In this document: piece by piece, positions 1-10,599 of the stretch
How the letters are laid out: each line of letters starts with the position of its first letter
Position numbering within the stretch: position 1 is the stretch's first letter
From: Octopus sinensis
Taxonomy: Eukaryota
DNA: 64,000 nucleotides
Direction of reading: 5' to 3'
Assembly: GCF_006345805.1 (NCBI RefSeq)
Contig: NW_021836161.1
Span: 1-64,000, forward strand
The notes under the pieces: model-generated
What the model saw: the letters and a program-made list of their open reading frames with translations, nothing else
Database searches by the model: none
What the model was told of the DNA's origin: nothing
Program-made: the position numbers and the translations under genes

Positions 1-178
1 ACTTCATTGACAACCGACGTTGGTGTATTTACGTCCACGTATCTTAGCGGTTCAGCAATAAGTGTCCGATCGAATAATTACAAGACGTACAAAGAATAAT
101 CCCTGGGGTCGATTTGATCAACTAAAGGTGGTGCTCAAGCATGGCCGCAGTCATCATAATGAAACAAGTAAAAGAACC
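1..178 (+). mobile_element. SINE family A, 3' half, diverged
   Basis: Matches the 3' half of the copy at 1234-1640 (gacaaccgacgttggtgt...ggggtcgatttg...gcatggccgcagtc...gaaacaagtaaaaga). Confidence 0.8.
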
Positions 179-642
179 GAAGAATATTCCTCACATAGGT
201 TTGTTGTTGTTGATCTTGATATTTCTAGAGAGATATTCAGCTTTTAGTGACGGTATTCACACTGTAGACATAATCTCGCATTGTCAGGCTATAATATATC
301 TCAGACAGTAATAAAACATTATGACCTTTTTGCTTTATATTTATCGTTACAATATTTGTTATGATGAGCGACTGAGATTTGATATAGACATCGTTGTTAT
401 TTCTAGCAATGTTACTGATCATAAATGAGCAAACACTTTGGCTCATTGCAAGTTCAATGTTTGTTAGTATATTAGTGAATAATATGTATAGAAAAGGATA
501 ATGTATGTGTGGTTAAATGCTGTTAGTAGTCGAGGTTGTGAAAGGTAATCAAAGCTATGCAATAAAGGGTAATCATTTTTTAAAAATATTCTAATTATTC
601 ATATGTTTAAGAATATTATGAGATGAAAGTTAGATCTAAGTA

Positions 643-985
643 GATAAGTAGACAAACAGGCAGAAAAATAGATAGATAGATAGATAGATAGATAGATCTA
701 TAGATAGATAGATAGAATAGATAGACAGACAGACAGGTAGAAAGATAGATTTATAGATAGATAGATAGACAGACAGGTAGAAAGATAGATTTATAGATAG
801 ATAGATAGACAGACAGGTAGATAGATAGACAGACAGGTAGAAAGATAGGTTTATAGATAGATAGACAGACATGTAGATAGATAGATAGATAGATAGATAG
901 GGAAAGAGAGAGAACAAGCTTTTCAGATAGACAGGCACCCAGATAGATAGATAGATAGATAGATACAATGGAAGGCAGATGATAC
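643..985. repeat. (GATA)n/(GACA)n tetranucleotide array with a ~36-bp higher-order unit
   Basis: Direct inspection; the unit gatagacagacaggtagaaagatagatttata recurs about 3 times. Confidence 0.95.
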
Positions 986-1233
986 GTAACCACGCTACAT
1001 ATGTCATCTAAACCAGACTGAGACTTGTTCTATGAATTTCTATAATGTTTGGATATTTTCTTGTGGAGTTTAATTAAATATCATTAGGAGAAACGATACA
1101 TTAACCCATTAACTCCAAGGTACTTAATTTTCCTCAATATTACTTAAATTTTTTTACAAATGTTTGAAAACAGGTTAAAATGAAAGAAAATCATTATTAA
1201 AACTCCTTTACTTCGAGTAGAAATGGAAATTCT

Positions 1234-1640
1234 CGCAGGAGTGGCTGTGTGGTAAGTAGCTTGCTAACCAACCACATGGTTCCGGGTTCAGTCCCACTGC
1301 GTGGCATCTTGGGCAAGTGTCTTCTGCTATAGCCCCGGGCAGACCAATGCCTTGTGAGTGGATTTGGTAGACGAAAACTGAAAGAAGCCTGTCGTATATA
1401 TGTATATATATATATATATATAAGTATGTGTCTGTGTTTGTCCCCCTAGCATTGCTTGACAACCGATGCTGGTGTGTTTACATTCCCGTCACTTAGCGGT
1501 TCGGCAAAAGAGACCGATAGAATAACTACTGGGCTTACAAAGAATAAGTCCCGGGGTCGATTTGCTCGACTAAAGGCAGTGCTCCAGCATGGCCGCAGTC
1601 AAATGACTAAAACAAGTAAAAGAGTAAAAGAGTAAAGAGA
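1234..1640 (+). mobile_element. SINE family A, full length (tRNA-like head, internal (TA)n, (GAGTAAAA)n tail)
   Basis: A-box-like gtggctgtgtgg, B-box-like ggttcagtccc, internal microsatellite, tail aagtaaaagagtaaaagag; about 20 related copies in the window. Confidence 0.9.
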
Positions 1641-2517
1641 GAGATGTCCTATAAATAGGACACTGAGACGTTGTGATTAAGCTTATTTAATGTTCACATT
1701 TAGTGTCCTATTTATAGGACAGTGAGACGTCATGGTGTTAAGAAGTGGAACTTTCAATTTCCTGTGATTCAGATCACCGCATTGTTCTAGAAGGTAACAA
1801 GGTAATGGCTTTGTCCCAGAGGATAGCGAGGGAGAGGCGCTGCAACAGCCAGTCTGATTCATGGGTCCCGTAATTGCGGATAGTGTTGAGCAGGGATATG
1901 ATCTGGGAGCCAGAAAACACCGGAGGCCTCGACTGCAACAGCTTCGGTCATAAAACTGTCGTAGAGCCACCGATAACTTTGACATTTCTAAACATTGCCA
2001 CCGTTCACGTAATGGTTGTTAATACACTGGAATACATGAATAAATGATCCCTCTACAGACTTAGCATTAATCTTGATTGCTTCTGATTAATATTCATGGA
2101 AGCAGTAAGTATTCCTCGAAACCATCCAGTTCAAAGCGGCGTCTTAAACTCGGGGTTGTTTTCCTAATGATGCGATGTAAGTAAATGCATTTATGAGGAA
2201 CTCTTTTTCCCAACAAACATGTTTTATTTCAAACACGAATGTCTTCTAGATTTTCTCTTTTCGTCATATATTTTTTCTTTCTCATGTTTTTCAAAGAATT
2301 CTTTACATTTCTCTGTACTATTGGCTTTCCTAAATCTATAATATTTTACATCCGTTTTTTCTTGTTTGATCTACACTTTGCCAACTAATACACGAGATCA
2401 CAAATATATCGGCGCCTAACGAAGATAACTCTCCCTTCCTCGAATTTGCAATAATGCTATCGGGGAATATTTCGAGTCTTTGGGCCTTACTATATGATGC
2501 TTTGGGCCTTACTATAT

Positions 2518-2932
2518 GAGGCGCATGGCTCAGTGGTTAGAGCGTCGAGCTTACACCTCGAAGACAAACAGTAGGGTTACTACCACTGGACAAATACTTA
2601 CCGAGGACAAACCGCATCGAACGACAGTCTCATCTTGTGTGGTTGTGAGCTCGAATCCCGTACCAGGCTGCGTGTTGTGTTCTTGAGCAAAACACTTTAT
2701 TTCACGTTGCTCCAGTTAACTCAGCTGTAGAAATGAGTTGCGACGTCACGGGTGCCAAGCTGTATATCGGCCTTTGCCTTTCCCTTGGATAACACTGGTG
2801 GCGTGGAGAAAGGGAGGCCGGTATGCATGGGTGACTGCTGGTCTTCCATAAACCACCTTGCCCGGGCTCTTGACTAGGAGGGCAACTTTCTAGGTGCAAT
2901 CTCATGGTCAGTGTCGTGACCGAAGGGGGTCC
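2518..2932 (+). mobile_element. SINE family D (tRNA head plus CORE-like central segment) with an 84-bp insertion
   Basis: Head gaggcgcatggctcagtggttagagcg...gagctcgaatccc; ttcttgagcaaaacacttta...ctcagctgtagaaatgag resembles the CORE domain (from memory); related copies at 29551 and 59313. Confidence 0.8.
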
Positions 2933-3756
2933 CGATCCCCCGATATGATGCCTCTGTTATTCATGCAGCTACTACGTCGAACAGGTTGCAACAGTAATCA
3001 TTCCAACCAGGTAGCAGCTATTTTGTTTTGAGCATTTGCTTCTTGTTCCGATTTTTGGTCGTTCTCTTTCATGCCTCTACCACAGAAATTATTTTCTGCT
3101 TCTCTCTTTAATTTGTGATTCTTCACTCTGCTATCATTATCGCACCAGCCAGGTAGAATATTCCGTTTCAAGCGACAGAGTCACATCATTTCACTTCTAA
3201 TGATAGCCAACCTCCCATGACCCTTATACGATTTCTAATTCGTAGAAATTTCGCGCTCTTTCTTGTGCAATCCTCATGTTGTTTTCCATTATTCAGTCAA
3301 CACAACCCAGCAATCAAGAATTGTCTTTTCTTTTTAATCATGACCCTCGTACCTTAGCATGCTGTTATTCCATTATTCTTGCAATATGATCACCTAAGAT
3401 GAATGTTTCCACGATCGTAATCTCGACGCTCTAACCACTGAGCCATGCGCCTCAAATAGTAAGGCCCAAAGCATCATATAGTAAGGCCCAAAGACTCGAA
3501 ATATTCCCCGATAGCATTATTGCAAATTCGAGGAAGGGAGAGTTATCTCCGTTAGGCGCTGATATATTTGTGATCTCGTGTATTAGTTGGCAAAGTTAAG
3601 ATCAAACATTAGCACTATGTAGTAAAATTGCCTTTCAGTTTTTCTCCATCTGGTAATAAAAAAACTGAGTCTAAATGTTTATTCTCCATTGAATGACGAT
3701 GCCACATTATAATTTTTAAGTGTTTTTTGAAGGATACAAAATAGTTACTTTTGCCT

Positions 3757-4126
3757 TGAGCTAGCAGAACCGTTAGCACACCGGGCGAAATGCGTAGCCG
3801 TATTTCGTCTGCCGTTACGTTCTGGGTTCAAATACCACCGAGGTTGACTTTGCCTTTCATCCTTTCAGGGTTGATTAAATAAGTACCAGTTACGCACTGG
3901 GATCTATGTAATCGGCTTAATCCGTTTGTCTGTCCTTGTTTGTCCTCTCTGTGTTAAGCTCCTTGTGGGTAATAAAGAAATAGGTATTTCGTCTGCCGCT
4001 ATGTTCTGAGTTCAAATTCAGCCGAGGTCGACTTTGCTTTTCATCCTTTCTGTGTCGATTAAATAAGTTTGTCTGTCCTTGTTTGTCCTCTCTGTGTTTA
4101 GCCCCTTCTGGATAGGAAAGAAATAG
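3757..4126 (+). mobile_element. SINE family C, dimeric form
   Basis: Head gagctagcagaaccgttagcac, then two tandem bodies joined at gtaataaagaaatag|gtatttcgtctgcc. Confidence 0.85.
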
Positions 4127-4275
4127 TTATAGGCTGTAGAGAAAGGTATGTATGCTCAAATTATAATTATATACCTCCTACACCTCGAAGACAAACAGTA
4201 AGGTTACTACCACTGGACAAATATTTACCGAGGACAACCCGCATCGAACGACAGTCTCATCTTGTTTAGTTTCAT

Positions 4276-4556
4276 TTTAGAAAATTGCTTCCCAACAACA
4301 TGTTTCTAGGTTCAATCCTATAGCGTGGCAACTTCGGCAGGTATCCTTTATTGTAGCCGCGGGCCGACCAAAGACTTGTGAGTGGATTTGGAAAAGAGAA
4401 GCAGACAGAGGCTCTAGCGGTTAAGCAAAACGAGACCAATAGTATAAATACCAAGATTTCAAAAAGATACTGGTGTCGATTCATTCGTCTAAATGTTCTT
4501 CTCGATGGTGCTCTAGCATGGCCACCGTTTAATGATTGAAACAGAAGCAAGATTTA
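4276..4556 (+). mobile_element. SINE family A, old degenerate copy
   Basis: Retains ggccgaccaaagacttgtgagtggatttgg and gtgctctagcatggccac...attgaaac. Confidence 0.65.
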
Positions 4557-4761
4557 AATAAGAAAGGAAAAAAGATATATATTTTTCCTTTCGTCCCCCT
4601 TGTAACTCATATGTGGTACTTTTCTGTCCTTGTGGTTTTAAACGGATATGCATTCCATCCACTACGTTGTACGCATTAATATTAACGAATATGGATGAAC
4701 ACATATGTCTGTCTATCTATCTATCTATCTATCTATCTATGTATTTATCTATAAAATTATA

Positions 4762-4979
4762 TACTCTTTACTCTTACTTGTTTCAGTCATTTGACTGCGG
4801 CCATGCTGGAGCACCACCTTTAATCGAGCAACTCGACCCCGGGACTTATTCTTTTGTAAGCCCAGTACTTATTCTATCGGTCTCTTTTGCCGAACCGCTA
4901 AGTAACGGGGACATAACAACACCAGCACCGGTTGTCAAGCAATGCTAGGGAGACAAACACAGACACACAAACACACACA

Positions 4980-5023
<44 letters not shown>

Positions 5024-5189
5024 TACGACGGGCTTCTTTCACTTTCCATCTACCAAATCCACTCACAAGGCTTTGGTCGGCCCGAGGCCATAGTAGAAGA
5101 CACTTGACCAAGGTGCCACGCAGTGGGACTGAACCCGGAACCATATGGTTGGTAAACAAGCTACTTACCACACAGCCACTCCTGCGCCT
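4762..5189 (-). mobile_element. SINE family A, full length
   Basis: Reverse complement of 1234-1640, including head, internal (CA)/(TA) tract and tail. Confidence 0.9.
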
Positions 5190-5603
5190 ATCTATCTGTA
5201 TATATATATATATTTCTAACTTTATCTGCTGTAACTATTCTATGCTTTATTTATACCTCATTTGCACTCTTTAATACAAAGTAACTCTTCTCGAGTGACG
5301 CCAAAAAGTTTCCTCGTCCGTCTTCCATTTTTGATCTATATCAGTATGTATATAAATATTTAAATATCGCACACACACACTTACACTGTCACAGAAATAT
5401 GCACACACTAATTAGACAGATGATTATATATACATGTGTGTGCTATGGACATAGTAAGAATTTATAAAGCATATAAACCACAGCGTGCGAATATCGGGAC
5501 ACGCACAGCATTCGAAGTTTATCGAAAGTGCTTTTAATCCAACATTTGCGAGTTATTATTTATAGTTTTTCTACAAGTCCAACCATTAAAAACGAATTAT
5601 ATA

Positions 5604-5659
<56 letters not shown>

Positions 5660-5689
5660 GGTATGTATGTATGTATGTATGTATGTATG

Positions 5690-5723
<34 letters not shown>

Positions 5724-5762
5724 TGTATGCATGCATGCATGCATGCATGTATGTATGTATGT
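5604..5762. repeat. (TA)n followed by (TATG)n/(CATG)n microsatellite
   Basis: Direct inspection. Confidence 0.95.
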
Positions 5763-5989
5763 AAGTAATAATCTCAAGCACATGGCTATGCAAAATGCAT
5801 GAAATGATAGTACCCAAAGAGAGCAAATGCTTGAGCATCGGATGTCAGGAATAAAACTTGTGATAACGGCATTAAACAAACTCCAACTTTGGGGTGACAA
5901 GCGAAACGAAACTTGCAACGGCCAACTCTGTTTTTATTAGCTTACGAAGAGGAGCAACGGCAGCGGCCATAAAATTGCGGAGATCAAGG

Positions 5990-6460
5990 AACAGAAGAGA
6001 AGAAATTTGTCATTGAATGGGTACAAACTGGAACACTGAAATAAGTTCAAATATCTTGGAAATGTTATAGCAATTTTCTTTAGAAAATGAATTTAATAGA
6101 AGATTTTTAGAAAGCAGTTCAAGCAATGAAAATCCTATCAAATATGTGGAAACCACTGAGATGTGCGATTCATACGTTAATTATCCTATATATATATATA
6201 TATATATACATCAATAGTAAAAAGTGTTTTCGTATAAAGAAGAAAGTAGCATTATAGCGAACACTGTATATCGAAACATTTAAAGGTTTTAAAAATACTG
6301 AAGCATTGATAAGATGATCAGAGATGAAAGGATAATATTTTGTGGCAGATGAAGTGATCCTAGCAAAAATAGCATATATCGCTAAAGAAATGCTAAAGCC
6401 GGCAAATATTGGGACACTGAGGCTAAGTTTTGCCAGGGGTGATCATCGCTAATAGATTTT
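5990..6460 (+). pseudogene. Highly decayed non-LTR retrotransposon RT C-terminal remnant (possibly RTE-like)
   Basis: Translates NLSLNGYKLEH*NKFKYLGNVI near 6003-6070; FKYLG is typical of the LINE RT end. The rest is only weakly recognisable. Confidence 0.4.
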
Positions 6461-6551
6461 ATTCTGTTTCATTTTATGTTCCCAGGTCGGGGTGTGGTTC
6501 CTTGGTTGCATATGGATAGGGCAAAGTTGAAGAAGAAAGGATCGTGTTATC

Positions 6552-6966
6552 TTATTTCTTTACTGCCCACAAAGGGCTACACACAGAGGGGACAAACAAA
6601 GACAAACGGGTTTAGTCGATTATATCGACACCAGTGCATAACTGGTACTTATTTAATCGACCCCGAAAGGATGAAAGGCAAAGTCGATATCGGCGGAATT
6701 TGAACTGAAAACGTACCGGCAGACGAAATACCTATTTCTTTATTACCCACAAGGGGCTAAACACAGAGGGGACAAACAAGAACAGACATAGGTATTAAAT
6801 CTATTACATCGACCCCAGTGCGTAACTGGTACTTAATTTATCGACCCCGAAAGGATGAAAGGCTAAGTCGACCTCGGCGGAATTTGAACTGACAACGTAC
6901 CGGCAGACGAAATACCGCTAAGCATTTCGCCCGGCGTGCTAACGTTTCTGCCAGCTCGCCGCCTTT
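6552..6966 (-). mobile_element. SINE family C dimer with 9-bp TSD
   Basis: Two tandem bodies and a full head (ggcggcgagctggcag on -); TSD gtgttatct at 6544-6552 and 6967-6975. Confidence 0.9.
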
Positions 6967-7251
6967 GTGTTATCTGAATAAGGATTGTGTTATCTGCATA
7001 AGTTTGAGCAATGTTCAATATGGTGGCAAGTTGGCCGTTGATATGTAGCATGAAGTCAATCCGTTATAAAGCAGAACTGTTGAAGACGAGATTAGGAAAT
7101 AAAGAACTGAGTCAGTAAATGACAGGATGTTAAAAAACAGGAAGCTTTCGATCTCAGAGACGAGAGAGGGTGGTATTCATAGAGAGTTGAAAGGAGTTGT
7201 GCATCCTAGACACAGTTGAAGGTTTGTTCTAGGCCAACGATATTGCTATGG

Positions 7252-7483
7252 AGGCGGCGAGCTGGCAGAGACGTTAGCACGCCGGTCGAAGTGCTCCGCA
7301 GTATTTCGCCCGTCGCTACGTTCTGAGTTCAAATTCCGCCGAGGTCGACTTTGCCTTTCATCCTTTCGGGGTCGATAAATTAAGTACCAGTTACGTACTG
7401 GGGTCGATGTAATCGACTTAATCCGTTTGTCTGTCCTTGTTTGTCCCCTCTGTGTTTAGCCCCTTGTAGGTAATAAAGAAACA
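7252..7483 (+). mobile_element. SINE family C monomer
   Basis: ggcggcgagctggcag...gagttcaaattcc...gtaataaagaaa; imperfect ~15-bp TSD gatattgc(ta/ct)tggag at 7239 and 7484. Confidence 0.9.
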
Positions 7484-7654
7484 GATATTGCCTTGGAGCA
7501 ATTTCTAAAGAGGAAGTCTATTTGGGAGAAACAATTATACTCGGTGATTAATGTGTTGAGGGAGAGAAAGGGAGAGTGAGACAGACAGGAGAGACTGAGC
7601 GATTCAATGTGTTTAAGACGGACCTTGTTAATGGATGTCTCTAGTATCTCAGAT

Positions 7655-8042
7655 GTGGAGGCGCAATGGCCCAGTGGTTAGGGCAGCGGACTCGCGGTCG
7701 TAGGATCGCGGTTTCGATTCCCAGACCGGGCGTTGTGAGTGTTTATTGAGCGAAAACACCTAAAAGCTCCACGAGGCTCCGGCAGGGGATGGTGGTGATC
7801 CCTGCTGTACTCTTTCACCACAACTTTCTCTCACTCTTACTTCCTGTTTCTGTTGTACCTGTATTTCAAAGGGCCGGCCTTGTCACTCTCTGTGTCACGC
7901 TGAATATCCCCGAGAACTACGTTAAGGGTACACGTGTCTGTGGAGTGCTCAGCCTCTTACACGTTAATTTCACAAGCAGGCTGTTCCGTTGATCGGATCA
8001 ACCGGAACCTTCGTCGTCGTAACCGACGGAGTGCTTCCATCC
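7655..8042 (+). mobile_element. SINE family B, full length, 12-bp TSD
   Basis: tRNA-like head ggaggcgcaatggcccagtggttagggcagcggactcgcgg...ggtttcgattccc; TSD agtatctcagat at 7643-7654 and 8043-8054. Confidence 0.92.
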
Positions 8043-8369
8043 AGTATCTCAGATATGTTAGATATGAGAGAAGCAGGTTGATAGTTAGCTGAGACGGAGA
8101 AGGATGCTTTCTTTGTAATGGGCCACAGTGAGACATACTTCCAAGCGTAAACGTATATCCTCAAGGGAGTGAGAGACTGAAGTGTTCTGAGTGTAAAAGT
8201 ATATTCTGAGGCACAAAATTTGCATGAGATAGACAGGGAATATTTAAGTTGGTGGACTTTGTTTCAAGCAACTGCAGGTATTTCCGCACTTAGTTAGTTA
8301 GTTAATTTTTGGCTCAAAAAGCAAAAAGCAAGACCATAAAATGGGACATGGAGTTATGTACAGGGTGGT

Positions 8370-9400
8370 GTTCATGTAAAGAGTTTAGGCCACTTGAGGT
8401 CAAGGGAGACTTTGAACAAAGCGGTCACCAGCATCTTCACCATCTCGTCTGGCAGCTTGTTCCACGGATCCGCAACCCGGACGGAGAAAGCCCCTCTCCT
8501 TCGATTGAGATGAAATCGTCACAGATAGAGATTTTTGGAATGACCCCGAAAGCCGACGCTCTGGAGCAGGAGTGAAGAACAGCCCTTCCGAGAGGTTACA
8601 CTTTCCGCTTATATGTATTGATAGTGGGAAGTCAAAGCAGGCAGATGTAGCGGAAATTAGCTAAGGATGTGTAACCTTCTGGAATGAATGCAAGTGGGTT
8701 TCTGACACTACAGCTTCTACATGGGGATGGATGGAAGCACTCCGTCGGTTACGACGACGAGGGTTCCGGTTGATCCGAATCAACGGAACAGCCTGCTCGT
8801 GAAATTAACGTGTAAGTGGCTGAGCACTCCAAGACACTGTACCCTTAATGTAGTTCTCGGGGATATTCAGCGTGACACAGAGAGTGACAAGGCCGGCCCT
8901 TTGAATACAGTACAACAGAAACAGGAAGTAAGAAAAAGTTGTGGTGAAAGAGTACAGCAGGGATCACCACCATCCCCTGCCGGAGACTCGTGGAGCTTTT
9001 TAGGTGTTTTCGCTCAATAAACACTCACAACGCCCGGTCTGGGAATTGAAACCGCGATCCTATGACCGCGAGTCCGCTGCCCTAACCACTGGGCCATTGC
9101 GCCTCCACATTGGCGTATATGTATTGATAGTGGGAATTTAAAGCAGGCAGATGTAGCGGAAATTAGCTAAGGATGTGTAACCTTGTGGAATGAATGCAAG
9201 TGGGTTTCTGACACTACAGCTTCTACATGGGGATACTACTCATAAAGCCAGCATTGTTCAGAGGAAGAGAAAACGGGTAATACGCAAACCTGGAGTGCAA
9301 TATTTTTGGCAAGGCTCCAAAACATTAGTTGGAAATAGAAAAGCGAGAAAGTTTGAGGAATTTGCGATTTAAGAAGACAATCTTTTTTCACACTTGTTGT
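8370..9400 (-). pseudogene. CR1-type LINE 3' remnant interrupted by a SINE B insertion
   Basis: Minus strand 8550-8370 reads RGHSKNLYL*RFHLNRRRGAFSVRVADPWNKLPDEMVKMLVTALFKVSLD, the RGH...FS.RV...WN.LP...FK..LD pattern of CR1 ORF2 C-termini. The extent beyond 8600 is approximate. Confidence 0.75.
8729..9107 (-). mobile_element. SINE family B, full length, flanked by a 119-bp direct duplication
   Basis: Reverse complement of 7655-8042; flanks 8610-8728 and 9116-9234 are near-identical. Confidence 0.92.
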
Positions 9401-9514
9401 CTTATAAGTGTTATGCTATTGTTTGTGAACCGGTTGGCATACTTCAGGCGTTGTAATCTCTAATATTTGCTAGAATAAGCTGTTGCATAATTAACTGCGT
9501 GTAAATGCATGTAT

Positions 9515-9530
9515 ATATGTATGCACGCAA

Positions 9531-9565
<35 letters not shown>

Positions 9566-9866
9566 ATATATATATGTGTGTGTATGTGTTTGTGTCTTTG
9601 TGTGTATATATGTGTGTGTGTGTGTGTGTTTGTGTCTTTGTGTGTGAACGCATGTGTGTATATATGTGTGTGTGTGTGTGTATGTGTTTGTGTCTTTGTG
9701 TGTATATATGTGTGTGTGTGTGTATGTGTTTGTGTCTTTGTGTGTGAACGCATGTATGCATATGTATGTGTGTTTGTGTTTGTGTCTTTGTGTGTGAACG
9801 CATGTGTGTATATATATGTGTGTGTGTGTGTCTTTGTGTGTGAACGCATGTGTGTATATATATGTG
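9515..9866. repeat. Compound (TG)n/(TA)n array with recurring gtgtctttgtgtgtgaacgcatg unit
   Basis: Direct inspection. Confidence 0.9.
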
Positions 9867-10390
9867 AGAATCATAACATGAAATTTAATTGTTGCTTCTA
9901 TTATTATTATTATTATTATTGATTCAAATATATCACATGATGATTTAATGAGTAGGAATGCTATCTTGATATTTCTTGACAACAATAATCTGCAAATCTT
10001 CAGAATCTCTCTAAGGATTCTTGCACAACACCGGATGCCGATTTTTACAAATTGATAATACACGTCACAATTCCAATATCCTTCTGCCGCATAAGTGGCA
10101 TTAGAGTGCTGTGCCAAATTCACCTCATTCCGCAGAAACAATTGACACCTTTACGTTTCTCAATCTCTTACTCTCTTTGACTAGATACCGATATTTCTCA
10201 CATTTCTCATTTTATATATGCACTCTCTCACCATATTGTGTTCCAAAGTCTATGATCTAATACAGTTTTTCTTTTTCTACTTTAGTATACAATCATAACT
10301 GCTACCTTTGATTTAATAATCCTCACTTTTTATGCAAAAATCCAATAAAATCCTGTAATTATCACTAATAATTACAGCTTATACTTCATG

Positions 10391-10503
10391 TTATTTCTTT
10401 ATTGCCCACGAGGGGCTAAACATAGAGGGGACAAACAAGGACAGACAAACGGAGTAAGTCGATTATATCGACCCCAGTGCGTAACTGGTACTTAATTTAT
10501 CGA
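10391..10503 (-). mobile_element. SINE family C, 5'-truncated 3' fragment
   Basis: tatttctttattgcccacgaggggctaaac...gtaactggtacttaatttatcgac matches the C tail. Confidence 0.85.
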
Positions 10504-10599
10504 CTGTTGAATTTCTGTAGAAGATTTTTGGTACGAACTCATTTTTGTTTAAGATTAGATACAATTGCTTTAAAACCAGCAATTTTGATGAGGTGCATT

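Noticed and set aside
7655-7730. SINE heads as tRNA genes (B head has an Arg-like TCG loop)
   Set aside because: They run directly into SINE bodies with TSDs, and no complete acceptor stem is evident.
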